This document shows positions 36,051-48,048 of a stretch of DNA of 64,000 nucleotides, piece after piece. Position 1 is the stretch's first letter; each line of letters begins with the position of its first letter. A program made the position numbers and the translations under genes. This stretch comes from Anthoceros angustus (lineage: Eukaryota > Plantae > Anthocerotophyta). The stretch covers positions 1 through 64,000 of the forward strand of contig MU008149.1 of assembly GCA_010909165.1 (NCBI GenBank). The letters are read 5' to 3'. Below the pieces are notes generated by a model that saw only the letters and a list, made by a program, of their open reading frames with translations, searched no databases and had not been told where the DNA came from.

Positions 36051-39000
36051 AAGGAGAGTAGATTGCACTCGAATGTTAAAAGTGCGCATAGGTAGCCTCA
36101 TTTTCTTTGAGAAGGGAAACCGTGCAAGACACATTCGATCGTTCATTGTAGCCCATTCTCCTTGGGGAAAGTTTGAAACGACCTGTATATTCTACAAGAT
36201 GTTAGGATGGAAACTCCACTCCAATCTTGACGGTTTAGTCCTAAAGCACTAGCGATTCGAGGACACCCTTTTGCACGCAATTTGCACATTTAGAGCATGT
36301 GCACATTTAGGGCTTACGATGCGTCACTAATAATGCATCCATACCCGGCACTTTCCTTTTTGATCACGGCTAGTCACATGACTATACATAGCATCTCGGA
36401 TGGTTGGTGACACACATGACCCTCTTGTCTCAAAATCGATTCCTCCAACCTACCAAGGGATAGGAGATGACATATCACTTTGGGATTGTGGGAGGCGGTG
36501 CGGCGGCGCGCCACCTGCAATTCCATGAATTCCATGTCGCATGCGAAGGATTCATGACCCATACCACCACCACCCGCATGGAAGCGTTCTGGGGAAACTT
36601 GAAATATGAGAGTTCGACATTGGTTGGACCATGTTTTCCGATTGTTTGTGGGGCATCGTCAAATGTACTCATCTTCACAGTCATGGTGCTCCATTTTGTA
36701 AATGGGCTCTAAAGTCGGCATAGGTGTAAACTACAACCATTGCTCCACATGTCACGCAAGCTCATGCGTGTTGGTGTTCACCCTTCTTGATCATCTTTTC
36801 CGGCAAGCGGTGAACAAAGATTCAACACCCATCCAAAACCCCTTGCAAATAAAGGCGGAAAACCCTCATCTTGAATAATCACCCCTTCACTAAATAGCAT
36901 GTTGGTTTGTTTCTGCCTCGTCTCAAGACTCTTCTCCAAGTGCTCCACTTGAGCTTCCATCCTCATAACATCCTCACGTTGGGTTTCTCACCTGCAATTT
37001 CCCTTGCTTGGTAGGTCCTTGTCTTCTCCGTCTTCAGAATTCAACTCTCCTCTTGGCGGCTCCTATGTCTACCTTCTTGAACATCTCCCCTATCAGCATC
37101 TCCTCCAACATGTCTAAGTCTCCTTTCTTACCTCAGGAGACTCAAGGCCTTTGCCTTGCTCATGGGATCTTACATCCCTTGCTTCCCTATGATGAGCTCC
37201 CGCTCATCACTTGGTGGGGCAACTCCTCCCGTGACTCCATCCGCTCGCCCACCTAGCAGGGGCGGTTGCCTTCTTATCTCCCTTGGGAGCTTCCAAACCG
37301 TGACTTCCTTTCCCTCCTACCGTGGTAGGAGGTGCTCCCGTGGGACTACTTCCCTACCGTGGTAGGACTAATTCACCTTGTAGGCCTTGTCATGAGGAGG
37401 GCGAAGGGTCCCAAACCCTGTGGGAACACCTCCCACCCTCGTGAGTTCACCGCCATGGTAGGATCTATCCTACCTTCCATCTCCGCATCCTCCGGTCCAA
37501 ACTTCAAATCCCCTACAACTTCTCCTTGCAAGTCCTCCTGCACATCCTCGGCCTATCTTTGGAGGATTCCTTCCGCAATAATGTCCCGGTGGTCTTGCGG
37601 CACCTCCTTTAGCGCAAAGCACCAAGCACTCCTGTCCCTCTCACAGGCTAAGTACACAATGTTAAAGGGATGCTTGGAATCATCCAACTCCTTACTTGTA
37701 GCCCTCTACTTCCCACAAATGCACTAGATAAGTGCTAAGATAGCCTTGACCTTGGATCTTCATCCGCGTTGGGTTTGACAACTTTTCCGGTGGTAGGTGT
37801 ATGCTTCATACATGATGAGCCCCAATCCGGCCCGCTCCTTGAGTGATCTTCCATAGAAAATGGAGGAAGGTAGTGCTGAAATATGACACCCTTGGATTGC
37901 TCACCAAGCCCAAAACAATTCTTGTGAACAATCTCCACTTGGGCTCCAAGATTTGGTCGTCCAATTCTTGGACTTAGCCTTCATGCCCTTGCATAAGTGT
38001 AAGGGCTCCCTTGGGAAGATCCGCCGTTGATGCACGCTTGCCTCCACTCGTTCCTTCCATCAGCGTGATTCCGCTATCCTCGCTATCCACTGCCATATAC
38101 ACGTATGCTCCTTACGGTCCAACACTGGATCCGTCCGTGCGTTCTATCCGGTGGCGGCCAATTCCTCTTCGTCTGCTGCAAATTAGCAAAACACTCTCTA
38201 TCAATTCAAGGTTGGTGTAAGACCAATGTCGCCCATACACCCACTCTAGCTGAATATTCTCCTCTGCTGCCCAAGGTCGAAAGTCGAAAGGTCTCTAGAG
38301 GATGGCTGCCTTACGTAAATAAGGGCATGTCAAATTTCCACCCTCGGTCGATCCTCCTGCCTTAGACCTCTTGCCGCTCCTGCGCCACCTCCCTTGGTGG
38401 ACGCTCCTTCCTTAGCTACTACCTCCTTGCCCTTGGTCATGGTAGGCTTGGTCATGGCCTCCTTGGTTAGTACTTGCATTGAAGAAAAGTGATGCCTCTC
38501 CGCAATTCCTGCGGCTCACCGACTTCTTATCCTTGCAAAGCGTTTCTCCTCCTCCTCATTTTGCTCTTGCTCCTCTCAGTCCTTACACCTTGGCGTCCCA
38601 AAACCCGATTTCTCCTGAAAGCTCACCAAAATTCCCCACGGACTCTTACACCTTGACAATTTAGGAGCCCTTCACGGTTTCCTAGCAATCTTGCCACGCT
38701 CCACCCTCCTAGGCACCCTCACGAGCTTGGCAAGTGTTGGGTTGCGCCCCAACCTTCTTCTCCCTTCTCTTCTTCCTCTTTTCCTCCTTCTTCCTCTCTT
38801 GGGCGCTGGCGGTTCGCCTCCTTCTGAGCTTGCGCCCTCCTTCTCCTCCTCAACAGCAGGCGCGTGTGTGCAGTGGCGTTGCTGTATGGGGCCTTGGGCA
38901 GCTTGAGGTGTGGCGGCGCCCTGCTGTGAGGCCGTCTCCTTCAAGTTTACGAGTTGTGGCCTCCTGCGGGCACTGCGACCACTTTTATAAGTCACCCAAG

Positions 39001-39970
39001 GGTTAGAAAAAGTAACTACCATTCTATCCTGCCCTTGGATGTGTGCCACGTGGCCCCTCTCACCATTGATGTTAGTTTCCTAATTTCCTTATACTAAAAT
39101 ACCATTTTCCCTATTTTTCTAATTTCTAATTCGAAAATTAGCCTCTAATTTCTTAATTACCTATTTTGGCCTATTTATCTAGTCCACTAAAGACTCTATA
39201 TATAAGCCTATCACCTAAAACATAAGCTACCTTCCTTAGAAACCTATCTCCTACCGTGGTAGGACATCCTCCTACCATGGTGGCGTTTTCCCTTTCTCCT
39301 ACCACGGTGGGAGTTACTCCTCGGTGGGATACCTTCCTACCCTCTCCTACCATGGTAGGAGCTATTCCCTGGTAGGTGATCAAAACACTAGCGGGGTCAT
39401 CTCCTCGGTGGTAGGATCTCTACCCTACCCTCTACCATGGTAGGAGTTTCTCCTACGGTGGTAGGACACCTCCTACCACTCATGTAGGTTACCTTTTCTC
39501 CTCACCAGGTCGTTTTGACCCGTTTCTTTTCCCATATCCTCTGCCTTCCCAGGCATGGTCCTACAACTCCCGCTCAAAAGGAGCAAAAAATTTCCTTGCA
39601 TGTCTTCACCAAACCATTTCTAGCAAAGAGTGTGGGCTGTTTCAAAAGCGAACTCATTTAAGCTGGTTGCCCAAACTGCGTTCCACAGCAGTCTCGGCCT
39701 CCTCGGCCGTTCTCGGTAGTGGCCCCCTCCTCGTCCGTTCCTAATACATGATGACACGAGATATATAGCACGCTAGGATTAGACTGGTGAGATGCCCAAC
39801 ATACACCATTGCCCTCATGGCTCGGAAGATAAACAGCCTGAACATGTTATGTTGGGGAATCCGGCAAAGATATTTGGAAGCGAAAATGGCCATTCGGGTT
39901 TACTGCGATGGCAGTGATAGATGGTCGATCCGTCCTCTCATTGTCGATTCGGACGGGTTGCTAGGTACAC

Positions 39971-40183
39971 TTGACAAGATGGCAAGCTCATGAGGTACAG
40001 GATGATGATGTGCAAAAGGAGGTGCTACCACCAGCAGACCAGAACCCAATTGTACTCAAGGTACACGAAACATTGGGGCATTTTGGTATCAAAAGGACAC
40101 ATCATATCTTGAAGATTGCCTATTTCTGGTCAGGTATGTACAAGGATGTTGAGAACACAATGGCTAAATGCGCAACTAGTTAG
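39971..40183 (+). pseudogene. Gypsy integrase zinc-binding (HHCC) fragment
   Basis: VLPPADQNPIVLKVHETLGHFGIKRTHHILKIAYFWSGMYKDVENTMAKCAT. Confidence 0.9.
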
Positions 40184-40883
40184 TCGACCTTTTTTCTAAT
40201 GATTAAAACTTTGAACTAGTTGTGAGAACCTTTTGCATCTTTTGAATCTTAAGGCGTTTGACGTGGGCCCAACTGCAAGTGCAAATCATTTCAATCTCAT
40301 TCTCGCACTACACGTGGATCAAGAGCATCATGTCAACGTAGATATTATCGTCCCAATGTCTGAGAATCAAAGTGATGTAGAATTCCCAGAGCGAGAGTAT
40401 AGTCTTAGGATTGATTGGAACGAATAAAAGGTTTGCGCACCAGGATCATAGCACGAGCTCTAAAAACTCTAAATGTTTGCATACGTACCGGTTGTGAGAA
40501 TGACCTTCTTTTAGGAAGGCTCTGAATTAGATAGAGTTTAAAATCAAATACGTTTGTGCATGCATAAACTAGACCTAAACTCTTCAAAACGGCCGTTATT
40601 AGTGCGTTTTAGCATGCAATTTGGGGTTTGCGAATTGTGTGCAAAAGGGTTACCGGAGAAACCCCTTTCTACCCATATGCAATGATTGCATATCTGAGGA
40701 CAAGGTGTGATACAGCTTATCCTATGTGAAAGGGTCTGTACATACTAGCCCTTGGCATCGTCATATGCCTAAGATATCTTGTATACTAGCCCTTGGCATC
40801 AGCATATGCCGAAAATATCCTAAGAATATACTATAATATGCAAAGAATATGCTTAAGCATATTACTTGTGCTTATCCACTTAG

Positions 40884-42792
40884 AACAAAGATCTATGTAG
40901 AAAGGGTTTCTCTGTCAAAAGGTTTGGAAAAATCCCAACCCTATTTGCAGGCGAAAGTTGGTTTGGTTTTTGTTGGTTTTTGTAGTGTTCATCCATCGGT
41001 TTCGGGCATTCTCGGCTCCGGCACCACTTCCTGTCGAGTCATTTACACCAACGCTGGCGCCTTGTACTCAGCTTTATGGTGATTTAGTCGGTGTGATGAA
41101 GGGCCAATGACCTCATTGTTCCATAATTTTGTCATGTCCATAGTTTCTGCATTTTGTGTGGTTTTGTATGTTTTTGTATACTAGGGGGGCCTAGTGCGCG
41201 CCTAAACAACGCTATGCACAAAATTGTGCACGCCTTGTGAAAAAAGAACGCGAAAAAATGATTTTCTAATGGGGAAACATGTCCTTTTGGAGGTCTGAGG
41301 ATATGCCGGAACTCCCGACAAAATAACAAGTAGTAGACATCGGCAGAGGTTCACCTAGACCGCTCTCATATATCTATCCTATGCCCTAATGTGACGAAGA
41401 ACACCCTATCCCCTTTTCATCCTTTACGGTGTTTCCATCTCTTCTAAGTGGTGACCTAGTACTAGGTTATCATCAAACATGCTGAGGGAGGGCCCTGGTG
41501 AACAAGTGCATGCACCGGGAGCAAGGGGCCCAGTGCAGCGCTGCACTGCATGGCGAGGGGAGGCCCAGTCGCACTTGTACCAGCAGGGGCCCATGTGCCC
41601 GCTTGTGGGTGCAAGCAGGGCAGGTGCCGCGCACTGTGGGCACCAGGCAAGGGAGTTACGCGCACCATGGGGCAAGGGGCCCGATTGCGCACTAGGGCAG
41701 GGCCTTGCGCGCACCATGGGGCAAGGGGCGGGCGCCACCAGCAGGGGATTGCGCCTTGTGCATGCAGGCCAGGGGACCAGTTGCGCTTGTGCATGCACCG
41801 AGGGGCAGGGGCCCAGTGCGCCTTGTGCGCACTGTGGGCAGGGGCTGGTGCACGCACTGGGAAGGAGGCCCAGTGCGCGCGCCCAAGAGCGCATCAAGGT
41901 CAAGAAGGGCTAAGAGCATGAACCCATATGGTTCATGCCTTCTAGTACATTCGACGGTTCATCCAAAGAAAAAAGAGCAAAAACCTAAAACTCCAAAAAC
42001 CTCAAAAAATCCAAAAAAAATCCAATTTTTTGAGGCAAGTGCGCGCACTTGCCCTAAAATTTTGATATTTTTTTGGTATTCGTTTTTGATATATTTTTTG
42101 TTTTAAAGGGTTCCTTTCGACGTTTTCAACCTTTTTTGTGCACCTCCCTAATGTGGATATGTTCTTAAGAATCTTTACTTAGCCCTCATCTTTTTTCTAG
42201 TGGTTAAAATTTTAAACTAGTAGTGAGAACCTTTTGCATCTTTTGAATCTTGAGACGTTTGGCATGGGCCCGGCTCAAGTCTGAGACCACTCTCATTCTC
42301 GCATTGCACGCGGATCAAGAGCATCAGGTCAACAAATATATTATCCCAATGTCTAAGAAACAAAGTCCTGTAAAATTCCCAGAGCGAGAATATAGTCTTA
42401 TGATTGACTGGTATGAATGAAAGGTTAGTGCGCAAACAAGTTTGCGCATCAGAATTACAGTATGCCATAAAAACTCTAAACATTTGTATATGTCCAACAC
42501 CTGGCAATGAGATGTAAGTGCGCGCATAAGTTTGCGCACGAATTCTGTGCCCAGTTTGAAAGAAAAAGTCGAACGAGAGTGGGACTTTAGGTTTTTGCCA
42601 CGTACTTGCAATCTACAATCTCAAATAACGTGTATCAAAACAATTATTCAAAAGGTTGTGGGTGACATGTATGCAGAGAAATACCAAAAATGCTTATTAT
42701 AGTGCGGATTTTTCAAGTGCAAAAAGGGGTCTGGTCACGTCCGTGTACAAAAAAGGGTTTCAGGAGAAAACCCTTTCTACACAGATGTTGTT
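40884..42792. mobile_element. Second copy (within the duplication) of the non-autonomous AAC...GTT TIR element, TSD TTAG
   Basis: ttag|aacaaagatctatgtagaaagggtttc ... gaaaaccctttctacacagatgttgtt|ttag. Confidence 0.85.
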
Positions 42793-42944
42793 TTAGCTAT
42801 TGCTAACCATGTTTAATTAACACTAATAAGCACTTATTTAACACAAGTGCATTAGATTAATTAATATTAATTACTTGCCTAAAGATATGTAATTAGATTA
42901 ACTAACACTAATTAAACACTAAATCTAAGCGCTCAGATGACACC

Positions 42945-43560
42945 ATAGGCCACATGAACAGCATCTGCCACCTTCCTTCTTTGCCTAGGCTTCAAGGCAA
43001 CCATGAACATTTATGCTCCCTCCCTTATGGTCTTCACCTTGGTTTCATCTGTCAGCTTTCCAAGCCTTAGGTAAGTATTGCGCAGACGTTCGTTGGGTTT
43101 CATGGCAAACCTGGACTATTCTTGGATCTTCTTTACCGACAAACTCGAAACATCTCTTGAAATATCTCAAACATGGTGTCAACCAATGCGTTCACCTTGC
43201 TCGGCTCCGCCTCAGGTAGTCCTTCTGGCTTGCTTTCTGCCCTTGCCCTCTTGAGTAGCGCTTTGTCCTCCTTTTCTGCCTCTATCAAAGCACCTTTGTG
43301 TTTTCGAAAACACACTCACCATCCAGGAAGGTGCTCATTTTCCTGAGTGCCATCTCCCTAGTGAACAAGTCTCCCTTGTGCTTCAACACCATCTCATCAA
43401 TGTTCTAGCAAAAATTTTCTTCAAAATCCGCCAGTGTCATGGTTCCATATGCGTGCCTCCATGAGAATACATCATTCTTGCTGGGAGCAACTTCGTAGTC
43501 CATCCTAAATGCCCCTTGGTTTCCTTCCAAGTTCAAGCTGCAAATAGAACTCTGACTCCA
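42945..43560 (-). pseudogene. Gypsy-type gag fragment (partial duplicate at ~34110-34524)
   Basis: TLADFEENF...ALVDTMFEIFQEMFRV...FAMKPNE...YLRLGKL across frames; similar layout to the gag at 3581-4100. Confidence 0.6.
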
Positions 43561-43715
43561 CTCAAAGCCTACTCCTGCCTTTTTGACAGACACCGGTGAA
43601 CTCACATGTGGCCTTTGCGCTTTGATCGGGTGTCACCTTATTAGTCCATTAGGCCTGAACAAGACCATGCTACAACTGACGTTCTCGACGACTGGCCTCT
43701 TAAGATAACAAGCTC

Positions 43716-44085
43716 TGTCACACTTAGGGTTGTATATATTTAATTCAGATTAAATATGTTTAGTTGAAGTGAAATAACATGACTCTAGGTCATGAGTGTT
43801 TAAACAAATTTTGTAATCATTTTGTATTGTATTATTCATTCAATTTTGGCAACAACCGCTTGCACAACCTCCACATCTTTCACATCCTTCACATGGTATC
43901 AGAGCCATGCACCGGCCACACAAGATTTTAGCAAATGCCTAGGTGGGATTACATCCGAGAATCGCAAAGCTGAAGACGGGATGGAAGGGGAAATCGCTCC
44001 CATGGGCGTTTTTCTCCCGGATCCCATAACAACTTTTTCGATAAAAACTTGGATCCAATTTGAGGGTACAATCCCGACCATGAGG
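43716..44085 (+). mobile_element. Copia-type 5' end: short LTR (~43716-43893), perfect tRNA-Met PBS (43894-43905), truncated gag start
   Basis: ...ccttcaca|tggtatcagagcc; LTR left end (tgtcaca) is approximate. Confidence 0.7.
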
Positions 44086-44199
44086 TTGAAGATCTTGTTG
44101 GCCGCATAAGACGCATGCGGTGTGGAGGCATGCAGAGACTCGAACCCGCGGCCTATGGAATCATGAACCACAGCCACGGCCTTAAAAGTTGTGGAATAC

Positions 44200-44412
44200 T
44201 AGGCTTTTTCACAGAGACGCGAACATGGGGAAATGGACACACATTTGTAAGAACGCCATGATTAAGCATTGCTTGGATCGGTACTTAGATGTGCCTAAAG
44301 GATGGATGCCCTTGGTGCAAGTAGCTTAGGACACCATGGTACAAGTTGTACCAAGTCCATGATGGAAATCCGTCCTTAGTGGACTTAAATAAAATTCTTC
44401 TTCTTCTTCTTC
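44200..44412 (+). mobile_element. 3' end of a non-LTR retroelement (LINE/SINE) with AATAAA and (TTC)n tail
   Basis: Homologous to ~59445-59647; both end ggacttaaataaaattcttcttcttcttc and then diverge. Confidence 0.75.
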
Positions 44413-45675
44413 TACCCGGACGGCGACTGCCATCCTGACCCTTCTTTGAGCGCGGCCCTGTTGGAGTGCGGGGAGGACTATGTTTTCTTCGCAGATTGCC
44501 ATGCTTGGTGGGATTGGGGATCGCGTCGAGAAGGTGGAGGCCTTGGTGGCTGCTGGATTGCGTGCATCACAGACGGACTTTGATCATCTAACCTACCGAA
44601 TCAGCCAGATGGACTCCGCGCTGCTTGGAGATCCGATGCTGGGCACCACCAGAGATGGTGGTGCCCCATCCCCCTAGCTTTTCTGCTTCCGCTGCAGGGG
44701 GAGGCCGAGATCCGAACCGGCGCGTTCGATCTGGCCTTGGCATCGGTCTCCGGTGGGCGCGCTAGGATGCACCCGTGACAGTTAGAAGGAGGGGCCTGCT
44801 GGGATGCAGTGCGTGCGCGCTTGGATGCTTGCGTTAGGTTTGGGCTCAGCGGTTCTAGAACACGGTGTCCTCTATTTGCCTCCGGACATGCAGGCGGCTG
44901 GCTTGTTCGTAGGTGGGATCACTTTTCAAGGAGGGCGATGCGAGCGCGACTTGATTCTTCTGACGGATGTGGCGGAATGGCGGTCGCTCCACGAGCATTA
45001 TCTTCTTTGGTTGAGATAGGAACTGGTGTTGCTTGGGTTGCTTGATCTTATTTTTCGGAGCTGTTGCGAGCCTTCCGTGTTGCTGATGGACCGGCTGCCC
45101 GTTTTTGGGGTTCTCTCTCATTGCGGTGCATGAGAAACAAGTTGATAGTTTCCTGCCTGCGTCTTGCTGAGTGTGGGAATCCTGTTTTGTGAGGAGGTGT
45201 TTCCTCTTGTTGTTTCACATGATGCACAGCTTGCTTGCTAGTTTGTTTTTCTCTTGTCATGGTTTTCTAATCTTTGTGTGCCGAGAAGCAATGAGAGTAT
45301 CAGGGTCGAGGCGGATAGCAATCTACCCTCCCCCGAACTGATGACTCCACCATAGCCTCCTGCACAGCAAATCAGTAGATCAGTAACCCTTTTTTTTCTC
45401 AAATAAAAAAACATTTATTTCTGAAAATATTTATTTTTGAATTTATCCTGTTTTTAAATTAAAAAGGTACATATTTTTCTGCTTCTTCACCTAGCCATAG
45501 TCTAGTGGGAGAGCCGTATCACTTTTGGGCGGGGATTCTGATTGAGCACGAAGAGGATTCGCTCGTCGGATGACGACCTCTCTGCGGGAGTACACATAAG
45601 CACACCTAAGACAAATAAAAGAAAACACAGCAAAGCACACCATCACATAGCACAAACACCAACACTCACGTAAAC

Positions 45676-45830
45676 ATGTCTACCTCATCCCCTCTTCAAT
45701 ATCCTGAATTAAAAGAAAAGGATAGATTTAATGGTAACCAATATCACATTTGGCGTGTTCGGATGAGGGCTTCTTGTCGCTAGGAAAGTGTGGACTGTGG
45801 TCGATGGACCATAAAGGCCAGCCCGCAGAA
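45676..45830 (+). pseudogene. Copia gag N-terminus fragment
   Basis: MSTSSPLQYPELKEKDRFNGNQYHIWRVRMRA../VWTVVDG, homologous to the gag starts at 47167 and 49994 (minus strand). Confidence 0.8.
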
Positions 45831-45849
45831 CTACTCTACACTCAAACTC

Positions 45850-46590
45850 TCACGAATGGACTTGAGAAGCCGCACTTTGCTTCTCATACAGTCACACAAC
45901 CCACGCCGATTCGTAACATGGTCTTATCTTTCACATTGAAGTACACTGTTTTTGAGAATGTTAGCATGATAGTAGATCTAGCAAGCTCATCCAGGTCCTG
46001 CCACTCATCGTGTGTCATACTATCTGGTTTGACGCTTAGCAGCTTTATGGGCTTGATTTGCTTTTTCTGCACTAGAACATTATACACTTGTTCTTTCCGG
46101 AACGAGAAGTTAGTACCATCTAACTTCTCGATATTGAACATGACGTTTTCTGATGATGAAGACGTAATGATTCAAAAACCGATACAGATGAAACACTCGA
46201 CTCGCCTTGTCAGAAAAGTCAAATTTTTTTTTTTGTAATGTAGAAACTGCAAGTTACCATTGTGGTAATTATGCCTTGTCTTCGTCGCCCGTATGCACCG
46301 CCTGTGGCTCACTTGTCGGCGGGTCAGAGTTGAAAATTTTCTCTCAACGACGCGAATCCCAACGTTGAGGGTCCCACCGTTGCGGGTCCCACCACCGTGC
46401 GGCCCGTGTATTCTGCCGTTGACTGTTCCACCAGAGTATTCCGCCGAATATTCCGGCGAATATTCTGTTCGCCGCCCGGCGTTCGGCACCCGCGATTATT
46501 TCGGTGCCGGGTTCTTGGGCACCTTCGGTGCTCTCGCCCCCGCGGTGCTCTCGCGCCCATTGTCAAATCCTCGCGCTGGTGAAATCCGAA
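45850..46590 (-). pseudogene. Copia family A gag start and leader; likely the detached 5' part of the element at 15516-18195 (5' LTR absent)
   Basis: MFNIEKLDGTNFSFRKEQVYNVLVQKKQIKPI...EWQDLDELARSTIMLT; nucleotide homology to 850-1200. Confidence 0.85.
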
Positions 46591-46599
46591 CCTTACCCC

Positions 46600-47167
46600 T
46601 TCTTGGCTGCAAGTTGTGCTTGTTTTATGACTCCATTCTGTGTCGTCTTGAAGGTACGATAACTGTCGGGAAGAGAGCTCAGCAAAGCTATGGCTGCTTA
46701 AGCCTCAGTCTACGTCGTCCCACAAGATGACAGTCGAGCCCGTGCTGCCCTGAACTTCTAAATGTGTTCGGAGACAGCTTCATTTTCACCCATCTGCATT
46801 TGGTAAAATGCCTTTTTTGCATTTAATACGCTCATTGCATCTACTACGTCGTAGAGCTGGTTGAGGTTGGTCCATGCTGTGGCTGCATCTACAGCTCCTG
46901 TCACATGATGCGCAGTAGTCCTATCTAATCCAGATAAGATCACATTTCGTGCTTTCCTATCGTCTTCCCAAGCCAAATGCGTCAGGCCGGATTTGTCCTT
47001 GTTATCCTGAGTTTGGGATAGCTGCCATTAGTAACTGCCCAGAGGTCGTTGTCTTCAAGGATGGATCGCATCCGCATGGACCAAATGTCATAATCAGACC
47101 CTGAAAATCTGTCTCTTTCTTTGAAGTGAAACTTAGTTGTGTTATTGATGGTAGTGGATCCAGCCAT
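46600..47167 (-). pseudogene. Copia family C gag
   Basis: FKERDRFSGSDYDIWSMRMRSILEDNDLWAVTNG; WEDDRKARNVILSGL...AWTNLNQLY...FYQMQMGENEAVSEHI. Confidence 0.9.
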
Positions 47168-47256
47168 ATTGTAAGGTGGTGTGGTTTTTCTTATGTTTTA
47201 CAGGCTTTTAATGTCTTTTAGAGAAAACCACATCCAACAGGGTCCAGTGCCCCTAT

Positions 47257-47778
47257 CTAGTCCGAATCTAGACCAGAGATGCTACTTGCTACAACAAACT
47301 TGGCTAGTGCATCCTCTACACATTGTATATTGGGTAAGCAATCATCTGAGGTGTGTTTGTCTTTCCTTTCTATGGGTAAGGTATAGCAATTGCTTGTGTT
47401 AGCTCTAGTGAGGTGGTTAATTTTCTGTTCTAACCTAAACAATGACTTGTATAGGTTACAGATTTTAGCTTGTTTCCTAGTGATCAATTTCACTATGTTT
47501 GAGGAGGTTAGTCTATGACACTTCTCGAAGTGCTGTAAGAAAGTGAATGTTTGGAATTGTTGGCTTTCTAGATCTTCTAATTGGGTTTCTATCTCTTGTA
47601 GAGAATGATTGGAGAAATGTCTGCTATGTGATGCACTGTGGGGTCTTGCATTACATCTGTACTGTACAGGCATCTGAACTGTTGGTGTCCTAGCAGCATG
47701 GCTTGTGTGGCTATGGTAGATAAAGGCTGGGGAAGAATTTATTAGATCCCCTGAATTCCTTCTACCGTGCCTAGCCAT
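47257..47778 (-). CDS. Open 173-aa ORF between the PBS and gag of Copia family C; unknown function, coiled-coil-like middle
   Basis: ATG-initiated uninterrupted ORF starting ~50 bp after the PBS; LQEIETQLEDLESQQ...LFRLEQKINHL heptad-like pattern. Confidence 0.4.
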   Translation of the reverse strand: MARHGRRNSGDLINSSPAFIYHSHTSHAARTPTVQMPVQYRCNARPHSASHSRHFSNHSLQEIETQLEDLESQQFQTFTFLQHFEKCHRLTSSNIVKLITRKQAKICNLYKSLFRLEQKINHLTRANTSNCYTLPIERKDKHTSDDCLPNIQCVEDALAKFVVASSISGLDSD

Positions 47779-47841
47779 GCTGCTAGCATTTGCCTTGTAA
47801 GATATGCATATTAGTTAAAGATCAACAGGGCTCTGATACCA

Positions 47842-48048
47842 TGACAAAGTGCATGGCATGTGCGGAAGCGTGTAGAATTGAACAACAAAGCATATAAAAT
47901 TGAAGAAGGAACAATGTCAAAGTAGAACACAGAAAGTAGTTATAAAAACTGAATCTAAGATGTCTATTCAAATCACAGTAACCTAAATAATATATAAGTA
48001 TTATTCAAACGTGCCCTAATCAAGGCTCTAATAGCCATAACCTCAACA
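47842..48048 (-). repeat. 5' LTR of Copia family C
   Basis: Preceded by gctctgatacca (PBS); matches 14503-14709. Confidence 0.92.

Larger units (their letters stand above)
25745..43383. repeat. 8.8-kb tandem duplication (25745-34524 / 34525-43383)
   Basis: Both copies start caagagttatgtagaaccacatatg and end gtgaacaagtctcc(c)ttgtgctt; junction microhomology caa; copies nearly identical apart from small indels. Confidence 0.97.
14503..48048 (-). mobile_element. Ty1/Copia element ('family C') with both LTRs, expanded to 33.5 kb by nested insertions
   Basis: Near-identical LTRs 14503-14709 and 47842-48048 (tgacaaagtg...cctcaaca). Reverse-complement PPT ctcccactc after 14709; reverse-complement tRNA-Met PBS gctctgatacca at 47830-47841. 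Flanks ggcgg / agcgg (TSD 4/5). gag 46600-47167 and integrase 14918-15515, both minus strand. Confidence 0.88.

Noticed and set aside
44120-44200. tRNA-Met-like sequence on the minus strand (ttcatga loop, ggttcgagtc B-box)
   Set aside because: Anticodon and acceptor stems pair poorly and there is no A-box/D-arm; at most a decayed SINE-like remnant.
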